A DNA stretch of 64,000 nt from Tubiluchus corallicola. Its lineage: Eukaryota; Animalia; Priapulida. The stretch lies in the NCBI GenBank assembly GCA_030141605.1, contig JAQGDQ010002405.1, positions 14,260 through 78,259 on the forward strand. Reading direction: 5' to 3'. Of this stretch, positions 29,462 to 40,714 are shown in pieces. A model generated the notes under the pieces. The model was not told where the DNA came from and made no database searches. It was given only the letters and a program-made list of their open reading frames with translations. Position 1 is the stretch's first letter, and each line of letters begins with the position of its first letter. The position numbers were made by a program, and so were the translations under genes.

Positions 29462-31318
29462 ATGAAAACAATAAGTATTTTAGCCCTTTGCCTAGCTTTC
29501 ACCAAGCTGCTTTCACAGGAAATAACAGAAAAAGAAGTCGAAACTAGGATAGACAATGTAACAATATTCATTGAAGGAGCTCAAATTGTAAGGAAAAAAC
29601 ATGTTAACCTGGCAAAAGGAACCACAACACTTAAATATATAAACCTCTCCCCCTTCATTGACCACAAAAGCGTTCAGGTAAAAGCTGAAGGGGGAATAAC
29701 TATCTTATCAGTAAACCACCAGCAAAACTACCTAGACAAGCTCCAAAAACCCAAAGAATTGCTGGATATGGAGAACAGGCTTGAAGAGATTGAAAATAAG
29801 GTGAAAATCGAATACACACACCTATCGGTTATTAAGGAAGAATTGGCTTTCCTACACGAGAACAGGAACATTGGCGGTAAAAATGAACAAATCAGTGTTA
29901 CAAACCTTCAGCAAACATCAAAATTTTATAATGAAAAACTAACATCTCTGAAACTATCGGAAATTGAACATAACAAAACAATAAAAGAGCTTAATAATCA
30001 GAGAACAGACCTGCAAAACCAAATCAGGGCTCTGACTGTCCAAAAAAAAATTCCTGCCGGAGAAATACTGGTTAAAGTAGATACTAAAAAAACCGGTATA
30101 TTTTCATTTGAAATCTCATATATCGTCGATAATGCCGGATGGTTTCCCTCATACGACATTCGAGCAAAAAACATAAGCGAACCGATTCAGTTAATATACA
30201 AAGCTAATGTCAAGCAAAACACAAAAGTTGACTGGAAAAATGTAAAACTTAAACTTTCGTCCGCTAACCCAAATGTATCAGGAGTTGCTCCCGAACTAAA
30301 AACCCACTTCCTGGGTTATAACACATTACCGCCAACCTACAAACCGGGTGCTAATAATGTAAGTGGAAAAGTAACTGATAATTATGGAGAACCATTACCG
30401 GGTGCAACTGTTGTTGTACATGGCACAACAATAGGTACCACAACAGACCAGGGTGGAGACTACACCATAACAATTCCCAATCACACAATCCAACTCACCT
30501 ATTCATGCATTGGGTTTAACCCTCAAACCCTACCGATTTCCGGTGCAGTAATGAATGTCGCACTTGATGGTAGAAACAGGCATACTGCAACCTTGAAAAT
30601 GAAAAAGGAATACATGGAGCCACTGCACGCTGTTGACAGTTCAGCTGAATCGGAAACAAAACTACAAAGTGTGAGCAGCTCAGCAATACCTACAGCCCAG
30701 GTTGAAAAACAGACAACAGTTGACTTTGAAATCAAAACCCCATACACCATTGCATCAGATAATAAAAACTACACAGTAGACATGGAGTTCTATAACCTCC
30801 CTGCATTCTACCAATACTATTGTGTACCAAAAATTGACAAAAATGCCTTCCTAATAGCAAATATCACAGACTGGGAACAATACAGCCTTCTTGAAGGAGA
30901 AGCCAACCTATTTTTTGAAGACACCTATATCGGCAAGGCCCTGTTGGATGTAAGATATGCTTCAGATACTCTGGGAATATCGTTAGGACGAGATAAAAAA
31001 GTATCTGTAAATAGAGAAAAAATCAAAGAGTTTACAAATAAACAATCTATTGGCAGTAAAAAAGAAGATAGCATGGCATGGAAAATAACAGTAAGGAATA
31101 GCAAAAGCCAAAAAATTGATATGATTATCCTTGACCAGGTTCCTGTTTCAACAACAAAGGAAATAGAAGTAAAGATCCAAAACTTATCTAACGCAAAACA
31201 TGACCCCGAAACAGGTAAAATAAAATGGGAGTTTAATCTCAATCCAAATGACAAAAAAGAATTTGATTTAAGATACTCAGTTAAATATCCTAAAAACAGA
31301 AATTTAATTATAGAATAA
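29462..31318 (+). CDS. DUF4140/DUF4139 (MuiA-like) exported protein with internal carboxypeptidase-regulatory-like domain
   Basis: IDNVTIFIEGAQI, AGWFPSYDIRA, GKVTDNYGEPLPGATV, YYCVPKID, LLEGEANLFFEDTYIG, LDQVPVS. Confidence 0.85.
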   Translation: MKTISILALCLAFTKLLSQEITEKEVETRIDNVTIFIEGAQIVRKKHVNLAKGTTTLKYINLSPFIDHKSVQVKAEGGITILSVNHQQNYLDKLQKPKELLDMENRLEEIENKVKIEYTHLSVIKEELAFLHENRNIGGKNEQISVTNLQQTSKFYNEKLTSLKLSEIEHNKTIKELNNQRTDLQNQIRALTVQKKIPAGEILVKVDTKKTGIFSFEISYIVDNAGWFPSYDIRAKNISEPIQLIYKANVKQNTKVDWKNVKLKLSSANPNVSGVAPELKTHFLGYNTLPPTYKPGANNVSGKVTDNYGEPLPGATVVVHGTTIGTTTDQGGDYTITIPNHTIQLTYSCIGFNPQTLPISGAVMNVALDGRNRHTATLKMKKEYMEPLHAVDSSAESETKLQSVSSSAIPTAQVEKQTTVDFEIKTPYTIASDNKNYTVDMEFYNLPAFYQYYCVPKIDKNAFLIANITDWEQYSLLEGEANLFFEDTYIGKALLDVRYASDTLGISLGRDKKVSVNREKIKEFTNKQSIGSKKEDSMAWKITVRNSKSQKIDMIILDQVPVSTTKEIEVKIQNLSNAKHDPETGKIKWEFNLNPNDKKEFDLRYSVKYPKNRNLIIE

Positions 31319-31560
31319 AAACTATATCCGGTTAGAACACCAAAAAGCAGCAGGAGGGATAGCACTTATTCAAATATTTAAGCACTGCGCTATACAAGCA
31401 AAAATATCCCAACTGGGCTCAGGTTAAGAAAAAAATCGATAGTAAATTACTCTTAAAAAAAATGATATAAATATTAATAAAATAAGTTTCGCTAAGGTTT
31501 TAACCTTACTTTGTTAACATGTAATGTAATGTACTATAATATTATATTAAATCATACCCA

Positions 31561-34500
31561 ATGAGAAAAACAGCGCTAATCTTGTGCACAGTACTGACTG
31601 TTCTGCTAATATCATGCAAAGAGAGAGAAAAAGAAGGAGATGTAATATACTCCGAAGAGGTTGCAAAAATAGTAAATACAGTAACTAGTGGAGAAATTCA
31701 AAGTGGTGACTTAATAGAGGTACAATTTATTGAACCGGTAGTAGAAGCAGAAGAGGTAGGCAGTGTAGTAAAAGGGGCCTTTAAGATTTCGCCATCCATA
31801 AGAGGCGTAGCATACTGGAAAAGCAGAAACACAATAGTATTTAGACCTGTAGGAGACCTACCCTATAGAAAAACATTTAATGGAAAACTGATTCTATCAG
31901 AACTGAATGAGAAATTCAAAGATGAAAATTTGGGATCCATTGAATTTAGGTTCAGAATTGCAGGAAGGGAAATTGCAAAATTCGATGGAAAACTGATTTT
32001 GAAAAATAGCAATAACAGAGAAATATTGCAATACATAGGGATAGTCAGCTTTACAGAATCAATTGACCTGAAAACAGTCGAAAAAGCCCTGGAGCTAAAA
32101 AAAGGGAAAAAAGCAGTTGAAGTCAAAATAACAGCAGAGCCAGATGGAAAAACATTCAACTATATATCGGGTGATCTGCTTCGCAAAAGCAGCACAGACA
32201 ACTATACACTTACCATACGTAAAAAAAAGACAGGCTTACCAAAAAACTTTAAAAAATCTTTTGAAATCAGCCCATTAGGATCAATGGAACTGACTAAGGT
32301 AAGTAGAGAAGATAAGGGAAAATCCCCTAAAATAAGGCTGCACTTCTCTGATGAATTTGACCCCGAGCAAAACATTGACGGGCTAATAAAAACAATCCCG
32401 GTATCAAACCTGAAAATTCAAAGAATGGGAAGCTCCCTAATAATAGACGGGAATTTCCGGGCTGGAGAAAACTATAAACTAATAGTTGAAAAAGGAATAA
32501 AAAATAGATGGGGGACAGTAACAGAAAAGAAATATACCCAAAAGATAACCTTCGCAAATATGGAGCCACAGGTAGAATTTGCATCCAGTGGTATTTTTCT
32601 GCCCAGTGGAAACCAGTATAGGCTTCAGTTTCACACAAACAACTTAAAAAGAGTCCATGTTGAAGTAAAAAAAGTGTATGCAAATAGTATCCCGAAGTTT
32701 TTGAGAAATGAACAGCTGAAAAGCCTGTCTGATAGAAAAGCTCCCTTTAATGCAAAATACGTCAACCAGGTAGGAGTTATAGTGCACAATGAGACCTTTG
32801 AAATAGGCGAAGAAAAAAACGTATGGAAACTAAATGAAATAGACTTATCAAAGTTGATCCGTAAAAATCACAAAGGGCTCTACTTGGTGCGCCTGAACTT
32901 TAACCCGCGAGATATGCTGACAGAAATAGAAAGCGGGAACTACGATAAATACATAGAAAAATACGGACAAATCTATAAACCGCTGCTCTTTAGCGATATA
33001 GGACTGACATGCAAGAAAATAAAAAACAACTATAAAGTATACGCAACAGACATCGCTACAGCAAAACCCATGCAGGGAGTAAGAGTCAAACTAATATCAA
33101 TCTATGGCGATACAAAATCAACAGCAAACACAGACAGTGATGGAATAGCAACACTGTACGGGGAAAGATATTTCAACTACTACATAACAGCAGAAAAAGA
33201 TGGCCAGCAAAGTGTCATAAAGCCTAATGATATGGAGTGGAACACATCAGGATTTGACACCGGGGGAATCAGTGAGCATAACTCAGGCATCAAAGCATAC
33301 ACATATACAGAAAGAGGTGTGTACAGACCTGGTGACGAGATAAACATCTCAATAATAGCCCGCTTTACCAAACGAAGCTACCCAAGAAATCACCCTCTCA
33401 CAATTGAAATGATCAATCCGCAAGGTAAAAAAATATATGAAGTAACAAACAAGCAAAGCAAGGATGGATTTTACAACTTTAAAGTACAGACAAAAGAGTC
33501 CGATCCGACAGGAAACTGGAGAGCAGTGTTTCGTATTGGTAATAAAGAGTTTACCCATACAATAAAAATTGAAACGGTTGTCCCGTACCGCTTAAAAATT
33601 AAAATTGAGCCGGAGCAGCAGTTTATTGCGTGGAACAAGACAACCTTCAATTTGGACTTGAGCAGCACTTACCTGTTCGGAAATCCTGCTGCCGGACTTA
33701 AAGCCCGGATTGACACAGAAATATTTAGCATAAAAAAGAGATTCAAAAAGTATGATAGCTTTGTATTTACAAATCCCAGTGTCGATTTTCAGCCTATTGA
33801 GCAAACAATATTTGAAGGAGAACTTGATAATAACGGGAAAAAACTTACCGAGTGGAACCTGCCAGATGTCTCAAACGCACCATCAGCACTAATGGTAAAA
33901 GTAACCGGTAAGGTCATGGAAAAAGGGGGCAGACCAAACGAAAACATCTCATTCTTACCATATGAACCATACTCCCACTACGTAGGAATACAACCGCCAA
34001 AGTACCACTACATACCGACAGGGAGCAACCTTGAAGTACCGGCTATTATTGTTACGCCTGAAGGAAAACCTGTGGCAGGAAGATCACTGAAATATCGAAT
34101 ATACCGAAACACTGAGCATTGGTGGTGGCAATACGATAAAAAACTACGCTTTAAATCAGATAAAAACACAGTGTTGATAGGAGAAGGGAGTGTCAACTCC
34201 AAAACAACACATAGTATCATAAAATTCTTGCCAATAGAACGTGGCACATTTTTAATTGAAGTAACCGATGAAGAAGGAACGGGACACACGTCAGGTATCT
34301 TTGTAACAGCCTATAAATACGGTAGCTCAGGTGGGGAAGATAAAAGTGCTGGCACACTGGAACTAAGCTCCCAAAAGAACAAGTACTACACAAATGAGCA
34401 TATCAAAGTTCAATTCCCTGCCCCAAAAGAGGGAATAGCTCTGATAACTGTTGAAAAAGGAGGAGAAATACTGTACAACACATGGGTATCACCAAAAGGA

Positions 34501-36993
34501 GAAGACCTGACTGAAGTTAAAATACCCGCTACAGAAAAAATGGTACCCAATGCATATATCACGGTATCGCTTATACAGCCGCACAAACAAACAGAAAATG
34601 ACAGGCCTATTAGAATGTTTGGCATACTACCCATATTGGTTGAAAACAGAGATTCCAAACACGAAATTGAAATAAAAACAGCGACTAAATTCCTCCCAGA
34701 AAAACCATTTGAAATCACATTACAAACAAAAGACCGGGAGCCAACCCAGTTTACCATTGCTGTAGTAGATGAAGGACTGCTGGACATCACAAACTTCAAA
34801 ACCCCTGACCCGTGGCCACACTTCTTTTCTAAAGTACGATTGGAAACCCGGACATTTGACCTCTTCTCCCACATTATATCAGCAAATAAGGGAGATGTCT
34901 TTAAAACCTTCTCAATAGGAGGAGATATGGACTACAGAGAGTCGCAGCTAGGTAACAAAAAACGACAGCGAAGGTTTAAACCTGTAAGCCTATTTAAAGG
35001 CCCTGTTGACACAGATGCAAGTGGGAAAGCTGTTGTTAGGTTTGATATGCCAAACTATGTGGGATCAGTAAGAATAATGGTGATAGGTGCAAGAAAAAAG
35101 AGCTATGCCAAAGCGGAAAAAAGAGTACCGGTAAAGTCGGAATTAATGGTAATGCCCACACTGCCACGCGTGATAGGGCCAGGAGAAAAGTTTACCGTTC
35201 CTGTATCGGTATTTGCAATGGAAGATGGAATAGGTAATGTAGAGGTAGATATAGCTACAGAAGAGCTCCTGGAAATAGAAGGAGCAGACAGCCGAAAGAT
35301 GCAGTTTAAAAAAGCTGACGATAAAGAGTGCTACTTTACCATAAAAGCCAAAGAGCAGGTAGGGCAAACTAAAGTAAAAATAAGAGCAAGGTCAGCAAAA
35401 CATAAGGCAGAATACCTGGTAGACCTGTATGTCAGACCGGCATCACCAAGAATATATAAATCATTTAATAGCAGTGTTGAATCAGGTAAAACAGCCACTC
35501 TATACGTGCCGGATGATGGATTAAAAGGCACCAATAGAGCAACCATAACGATTTCAAATTATCCCGGAATAAGTATCGACCACAGACTAAAATATCTGAT
35601 CCACTACCCTTACGGCTGCATAGAGCAAACAACATCATCAGTGTTCCCGCAGCTATACATCAAACAGTTTGTAGATTACTCGGAAGCCGACACAAAAGAT
35701 ATAGACAAAAACATCAATGCAGGAATTCAGCAGTTACGCAAATTTCAGATATTCTCCGGGGGATTTAGTTACTGGCCCTATGAAGATACCCCCTCTGAAT
35801 GGGGAACACTTTATGGAGGACACTTTATGGTAGAAGCAAAAAAACTGGGATACCATGTCACAGAAGACCTGTATAGAAACTGGTTAGGATACACAAGCAA
35901 AATGGCCCGTCAGGGTAGTGGAAACTTAACCTCAAGAGTATACAGAGCTTACACTCTTGCGCTGGCTGGAAAACCGGCAAATAGTGAAATGAACCTATTG
36001 AGAGAGAACAGACTGCACAAAATGAACAATGTTCAGAAATGGCTGTTGGCAGCATCATACCATTTGGCAGGACTGCCCGATAAAGTCAGTGAAATTGTCA
36101 AAGATGCAGGTATGGAAACCGACAACTATCAGGAGTTCTCAGGCACCTACGGATCGGGGCTAAGAGACAAGGGCATGATTCTGGACGCACTCGTTTCTCT
36201 AAATAAAATGGAGCAGGCAGAAGAGTTGGCGCGAGACATATCAAAATACATATCAGCAAGCGATTGGTACTCCACACAAACCATCGGCTACACCCTGTTG
36301 GGGATTGGGAAATACATAACAGCACTGCAAAAAGGAAGCGAAAAAGCAGAGCTAAAAGGGCACATAACATTTGCCGATGGCACAGAAGTGCCTTTTAAAA
36401 CGGAAAAAACCTACACGTACAGATTACAAAATGGTTTTGGCAAACCAATACAGATTTCGCTCGATGAAAAATCGGACGTAGCAAAAGCCTTTACCACACT
36501 TGCGTGGGATGGAGTTCCTTTTAAAAGTGATATAAAAGATGAAAATAGCAACCTCTCATTAAATGTAAAATGGTATGACGAGGAAGGGAAAGGAATCGAT
36601 ATTACTCAGATTAACCAGGGAACAGCATTTTGGGGACACTTCCAGGTTGAAAACATAAGCACGCTAAAGCGTGTTGACGAAGTGGCTCTAGTTCAGATAT
36701 TACCGTCAGGCTGGGAAATAGAAAACACTCGCCTGTCTGGTGAGTCAATGCCTGCATGGACAGAAAGAATGAACCTATATAACGAAAAATACCTTGATAT
36801 CAGGGACGACAGAGTTATGTGGTTCTTCGACATACATAAGAATATAGAGAAGAAGAAGAAACTGGACTTTATTGTAAAAATAAATGCTGTAACAATTGGA
36901 GAGTTCGAATTGGCGCCAACACTGGTTGAAGCTATGTATAACGAATCATTTAAAGCTACCAAAGCAGGTAAAAAAGTTAAAGTAATAAAATAG
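31561..36993 (+). CDS. yfhM: Bacterial alpha-2-macroglobulin lipoprotein
   Basis: Lipobox LISC, TERGVYRPGD, AVVDEG, thioester motif YPYGCIEQ, DIRDDR; followed by pbpC. Confidence 0.95.
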   Translation: MRKTALILCTVLTVLLISCKEREKEGDVIYSEEVAKIVNTVTSGEIQSGDLIEVQFIEPVVEAEEVGSVVKGAFKISPSIRGVAYWKSRNTIVFRPVGDLPYRKTFNGKLILSELNEKFKDENLGSIEFRFRIAGREIAKFDGKLILKNSNNREILQYIGIVSFTESIDLKTVEKALELKKGKKAVEVKITAEPDGKTFNYISGDLLRKSSTDNYTLTIRKKKTGLPKNFKKSFEISPLGSMELTKVSREDKGKSPKIRLHFSDEFDPEQNIDGLIKTIPVSNLKIQRMGSSLIIDGNFRAGENYKLIVEKGIKNRWGTVTEKKYTQKITFANMEPQVEFASSGIFLPSGNQYRLQFHTNNLKRVHVEVKKVYANSIPKFLRNEQLKSLSDRKAPFNAKYVNQVGVIVHNETFEIGEEKNVWKLNEIDLSKLIRKNHKGLYLVRLNFNPRDMLTEIESGNYDKYIEKYGQIYKPLLFSDIGLTCKKIKNNYKVYATDIATAKPMQGVRVKLISIYGDTKSTANTDSDGIATLYGERYFNYYITAEKDGQQSVIKPNDMEWNTSGFDTGGISEHNSGIKAYTYTERGVYRPGDEINISIIARFTKRSYPRNHPLTIEMINPQGKKIYEVTNKQSKDGFYNFKVQTKESDPTGNWRAVFRIGNKEFTHTIKIETVVPYRLKIKIEPEQQFIAWNKTTFNLDLSSTYLFGNPAAGLKARIDTEIFSIKKRFKKYDSFVFTNPSVDFQPIEQTIFEGELDNNGKKLTEWNLPDVSNAPSALMVKVTGKVMEKGGRPNENISFLPYEPYSHYVGIQPPKYHYIPTGSNLEVPAIIVTPEGKPVAGRSLKYRIYRNTEHWWWQYDKKLRFKSDKNTVLIGEGSVNSKTTHSIIKFLPIERGTFLIEVTDEEGTGHTSGIFVTAYKYGSSGGEDKSAGTLELSSQKNKYYTNEHIKVQFPAPKEGIALITVEKGGEILYNTWVSPKGEDLTEVKIPATEKMVPNAYITVSLIQPHKQTENDRPIRMFGILPILVENRDSKHEIEIKTATKFLPEKPFEITLQTKDREPTQFTIAVVDEGLLDITNFKTPDPWPHFFSKVRLETRTFDLFSHIISANKGDVFKTFSIGGDMDYRESQLGNKKRQRRFKPVSLFKGPVDTDASGKAVVRFDMPNYVGSVRIMVIGARKKSYAKAEKRVPVKSELMVMPTLPRVIGPGEKFTVPVSVFAMEDGIGNVEVDIATEELLEIEGADSRKMQFKKADDKECYFTIKAKEQVGQTKVKIRARSAKHKAEYLVDLYVRPASPRIYKSFNSSVESGKTATLYVPDDGLKGTNRATITISNYPGISIDHRLKYLIHYPYGCIEQTTSSVFPQLYIKQFVDYSEADTKDIDKNINAGIQQLRKFQIFSGGFSYWPYEDTPSEWGTLYGGHFMVEAKKLGYHVTEDLYRNWLGYTSKMARQGSGNLTSRVYRAYTLALAGKPANSEMNLLRENRLHKMNNVQKWLLAASYHLAGLPDKVSEIVKDAGMETDNYQEFSGTYGSGLRDKGMILDALVSLNKMEQAEELARDISKYISASDWYSTQTIGYTLLGIGKYITALQKGSEKAELKGHITFADGTEVPFKTEKTYTYRLQNGFGKPIQISLDEKSDVAKAFTTLAWDGVPFKSDIKDENSNLSLNVKWYDEEGKGIDITQINQGTAFWGHFQVENISTLKRVDEVALVQILPSGWEIENTRLSGESMPAWTERMNLYNEKYLDIRDDRVMWFFDIHKNIEKKKKLDFIVKINAVTIGEFELAPTLVEAMYNESFKATKAGKKVKVIK

Positions 36994-37019
36994 AAAGAAC
37001 AATATAATTTTTTATTTAG

Positions 37020-39359
37020 GTGAAGAGATGGAGTATCAGGCTTTTTGTAGCCTTGGTCTTACTGGTTGTGTTTTATTTAATAAAACCCTTCCCTCCCCCG
37101 CTTTTTAAAACCGATTACAGCGTAGTTGTTACCGATGAGCAAGGGAAAATATTAAGGGTCTTTCTGAATGAAAATGAACAGTGGTGCCTGCCTCCCAGAG
37201 CGGAGGATAGCGTACCTCGCAAACTACAGGAAGCGGTACTTCTGTTTGAAGATAAGCACTTCTACTACCACCCCGGATTTAACCCCGCTTCAATCTTAAG
37301 GGCAATAAAACAGAACCTGTCCCAAAAAAGAGTGGTTAGCGGAGCAAGCACTATCACTATGCAGGTTGCACGCTTGAGAAGTGCGAATAAAAGAAACTAC
37401 TGGAGCAAAATAAAGGAGATATGCCAGGCCGTAAAAATAGAAGTACATTACACAAAAGATGAAATACTAAAACTCTACCTGGACCACGCCCCGTACGGAG
37501 CAAACATTAAGGGCTACCAGGCAGCATCATACAGATATTTTGAGAAAAAACCGAAAGAACTGAGCTGGGCAGAAGCCGCCACACTGGCTATTTTGCCAAA
37601 CGCACCAGGAATAATATTCCCCTCCGGAAACAATAAACAGGTAAAAGAAAAAAGAGATAGGCTTCTGAGTAAACTGTTAAAGAAAGGTGTAATTGACAAA
37701 AAAATATTTGAACTTGCCGTATTGGAACCAATACCTTATAAAATCTACCCCTTTGACCTTGCCGCACCACACTTTTCACGATATGTGAAAAACAGGTATC
37801 CGAGGCAAAAAACAATCAGGACAACCTTAAACCTAGGCCTGCAAAACCGTGTGCAGGAGCTCACCAGGCTACATGTAAAAAAAATCCGCAATGAAGGGAT
37901 AAAAAACGCTGCCGTATTGGTTACAGAAACAAAAACCGGAAAAATAAAAGCCTATGTGGGGTCACAGAATTTCTTTGACTTCGATGCATTAGGCCAGGTC
38001 AATGGAGTAGTAGCGCCCCGCTCGTCAGGTTCAATCTTAAAACCCTTCTTATATGGACTCTCTATTGACGAGGGAATAATAGTACCAAAAACACTAATAA
38101 AAGATGTGCCAACCTACTTTAACGCATTCTCACCAAGCAATGCCGATAAAAAGTTTAACGGCATAGTAACGGCACAGGAGTCATTAATAAAGTCTCTGAA
38201 TGTGCCATCTGTCAGGCTCCTAAACACATATGGAGTATACCAGTTTTATACCTTTCTCAAAGAAGCGGGAGTAACAACACTATTTAGAGAAGCAGAAGAG
38301 TACGGCCTGCCTTTAATAATAGGAGGGGCAGAAGTGAACCTGTTAGACATGACCAAGCTCTACAGAGGATTGGCAAATAGAGGAGTCTTTACGCCAATCA
38401 TATACCGGGATCAAGACTCGGTAATGATGCGGACAAATGCACAGCAGTTGATAAGCCCGGGAGCATGCTATATAACATTGCAAGCGCTTAGAGACCTAAA
38501 AAGGCCGGGAGTGGAATACAACTGGAGAAAATATCAACATCAAAAACCAATCGCATGGAAAACAGGAACAAGCTATGGACACAAAGATGCATGGGCAATA
38601 GGTGTCTTACCGGAGTGGACAATAGCTGTTTGGGTAGGTAACTTCGATGGAGAAGGAAATCCCAGGCTATCGGGAACAGTCAGTGCCGGATCACTGCTAT
38701 TCGATATACTCAACAACCTCCCCAATAAAGGATCATACCGGTTCAATAAAAACTACGATGACTTTGCTCAAATCAACATCTGTAAAAAAACCGGGTTCCT
38801 TGCAGGACAGAACTGCCCGGAAAAAGAACAGGTCGACGTACCTATTTATATGCAGCCACTTAGACTCTGCCCTTTCCACAAAGCAGTATATGTAGATAGA
38901 GAAGAAAAGTACTCGGTGTGCTCATACTGCTGGGGAAAAGGGTACTACGAAAAAAAGATACTATCATACCCGCCCGATGTGTTACATCAGCTAAAAGCCC
39001 GTGGCAGAGTTTTAGATGGCACACCTGAACATAACCCAAGCTGCGAAAATAGAAAAATCTCAAAACAGATGACCTTTATATACCCCAAAGACTCTTCATA
39101 TATATGGATACCAAGAGATTTCGGAGGGGAAAGCCAAAAACTAATATCAAAAATAGCCCACACATCCCCCCAGAAAAATGTGTTCTGGTACCTTGATGAT
39201 ATATACCTGGGAAACACCATTGGGAAACACTCAAAAGCAATAGAAACTGACGCAGGATGGCACAAGCTTCTCGTAACAGATGAACAAGGGAATGAAGAAA
39301 AAGTTCAATTCTTTATTGGAAACAGGAAAAATCAGGCTTTTCCGGAAGCAAAACAGTAA
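37020..39359 (+). CDS. pbpC: Penicillin-binding protein 1C
   Basis: Transglycosylase EDKHF and SGASTITMQ; transpeptidase GSILKP, SLN, KTGT; C-terminal PBP1C domain; paired with the macroglobulin gene. Confidence 0.95.
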   Translation: MKRWSIRLFVALVLLVVFYLIKPFPPPLFKTDYSVVVTDEQGKILRVFLNENEQWCLPPRAEDSVPRKLQEAVLLFEDKHFYYHPGFNPASILRAIKQNLSQKRVVSGASTITMQVARLRSANKRNYWSKIKEICQAVKIEVHYTKDEILKLYLDHAPYGANIKGYQAASYRYFEKKPKELSWAEAATLAILPNAPGIIFPSGNNKQVKEKRDRLLSKLLKKGVIDKKIFELAVLEPIPYKIYPFDLAAPHFSRYVKNRYPRQKTIRTTLNLGLQNRVQELTRLHVKKIRNEGIKNAAVLVTETKTGKIKAYVGSQNFFDFDALGQVNGVVAPRSSGSILKPFLYGLSIDEGIIVPKTLIKDVPTYFNAFSPSNADKKFNGIVTAQESLIKSLNVPSVRLLNTYGVYQFYTFLKEAGVTTLFREAEEYGLPLIIGGAEVNLLDMTKLYRGLANRGVFTPIIYRDQDSVMMRTNAQQLISPGACYITLQALRDLKRPGVEYNWRKYQHQKPIAWKTGTSYGHKDAWAIGVLPEWTIAVWVGNFDGEGNPRLSGTVSAGSLLFDILNNLPNKGSYRFNKNYDDFAQINICKKTGFLAGQNCPEKEQVDVPIYMQPLRLCPFHKAVYVDREEKYSVCSYCWGKGYYEKKILSYPPDVLHQLKARGRVLDGTPEHNPSCENRKISKQMTFIYPKDSSYIWIPRDFGGESQKLISKIAHTSPQKNVFWYLDDIYLGNTIGKHSKAIETDAGWHKLLVTDEQGNEEKVQFFIGNRKNQAFPEAKQ

Positions 39360-39381
39360 AAAACTCAATAAAAAATAAAAC

Positions 39382-39780
39382 TGCCCTTAAAAGCTTGATT
39401 TTTTGCCTCTTTTCTATCAAAACAAAAGAACATAAGCTCCCCTTGAAACACAACCGCCACTACTAAAAACTCTTAACAAGAAAACAGCGAAAAACAAGGA
39501 ATGCCCTTAAAGGCTCGATTTTTTGGTTCTTTTGTATCAAAACAAAAGAACGTAAAGAAAAACCTTGAAACACAACCGCCACTACTAAAAGCTCTTAACA
39601 AGAAAACAGCGAAAAACAAGGAATGCCCTTAAAGGCTCGATTTTTTGGTTCTTTTGTATCAAAACAAAAGAACGTAAAGAAAAACCTTGAAACACAACCG
39701 CCACTACTAAAAGCTCTTAACAAGAAAACAGCGAAAAACAAGGAATGCCCTTAAAGGCTCGATTTTTTGGTTCTTTTGTA
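39382..39780. repeat. Tandem array of ~120-122-bp REP-like units (3 full copies plus 1 partial)
   Basis: TGCCCTTAAA starts at 39382, 39502, 39624 and 39746. The conserved units carry the hairpin TTCTTTTG-TATCAAAA-CAAAAGAA. Confidence 0.93.
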
Positions 39781-39782
39781 CC

Positions 39783-40632
39783 TGTTTAACTTCAAAACTT
39801 ATTGGACAAATTGATGCTTAAAGTTAAGAGATAGTTTTATAATTCAAATTCTCTTTTTTATGGTGATGATAATTCACCTGTTGACTTGTTGGAAACTCGC
39901 AGAGTTTTCAATAAATCAAAAGTGATACACTGCGATTTTCTGATTCCTTTTTCTTCTTTCATTTAGCGTTTTTATTTTAATGTTTTCACGATTGCCCAGT
40001 AACTGTTTTTGCCTTCCAAAATACACGTCGGCAGGTGTAACATTCTTGAGTGATTCATGATACCGGTGGTTGTTGTAATTATATACAAACTCCTGTAGAA
40101 CCGTCATTAGTTCATCAGGAAAGTAGTAGTTATCCAACTTTACCTGATTTTTCATGGTGCGGTGGTAACGCTCAATTTTCCCTTGTGTTTGAGGGTGGTA
40201 TGGGGCTCCACGTACATGTCCCATTTTGGTATCTTTTAAAAAGCTCTGAAACTCGTTTGATATGTAGCACGCTCCATTACCGGAGAGTAACCTGGGACAA
40301 TCGCCTGCAGGTATTTTGGCCGTATGTAAAGCCTTTTGAATAACATGCTTGGCATCGGCCGACTCAATGCTTTGGCAAAGCTCCCAGGTGACGATATACC
40401 TTGAATAATCGTCCATTACGGTAGCCAAATAATACCAGCCCCATCCAATGATTTTAAAGTAGGTGAAATCGGTTTGCCATTGCTGGTGCACACGCGTGGT
40501 CTTATCTTTAAACTCATTTGTTCGGTAGTCTGTTTTTTTGCCTTCATCTTACTCGTTTTTATCGGTTATAATGTAAGAAATGTCTCTCTTAATTTTTAAA
40601 CCAATTTGTCCGAATTAAGCTGAAGATTTACA
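39783..40632 (-). mobile_element. Internally deleted IS3-type element (850 bp), same family as 62433-63991
   Basis: Same TGT...ACA ends as the long copy; about 709 bp missing at ~40518. The integrase-core ORF 39916-40491 has LLSGNG instead of LLSDNG. Confidence 0.9.
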
Positions 40633-40714
40633 AATAAATGGGTTGAAGAAAAAATAATATTAACGAAAAGAAACGCCACCACACACCAAGCCTCATTTGC
40701 TATCAGGCTCAAAA

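Noticed and set aside
31561-39359. Alpha-2-macroglobulin-PBP1C pair as a novel defence system
   Set aside because: This is a well-described conserved gene pair.
39382-39780. CRISPR array
   Set aside because: The sequence between hairpins is repeated rather than unique, the period is ~122 bp, and no cas genes are in the window.
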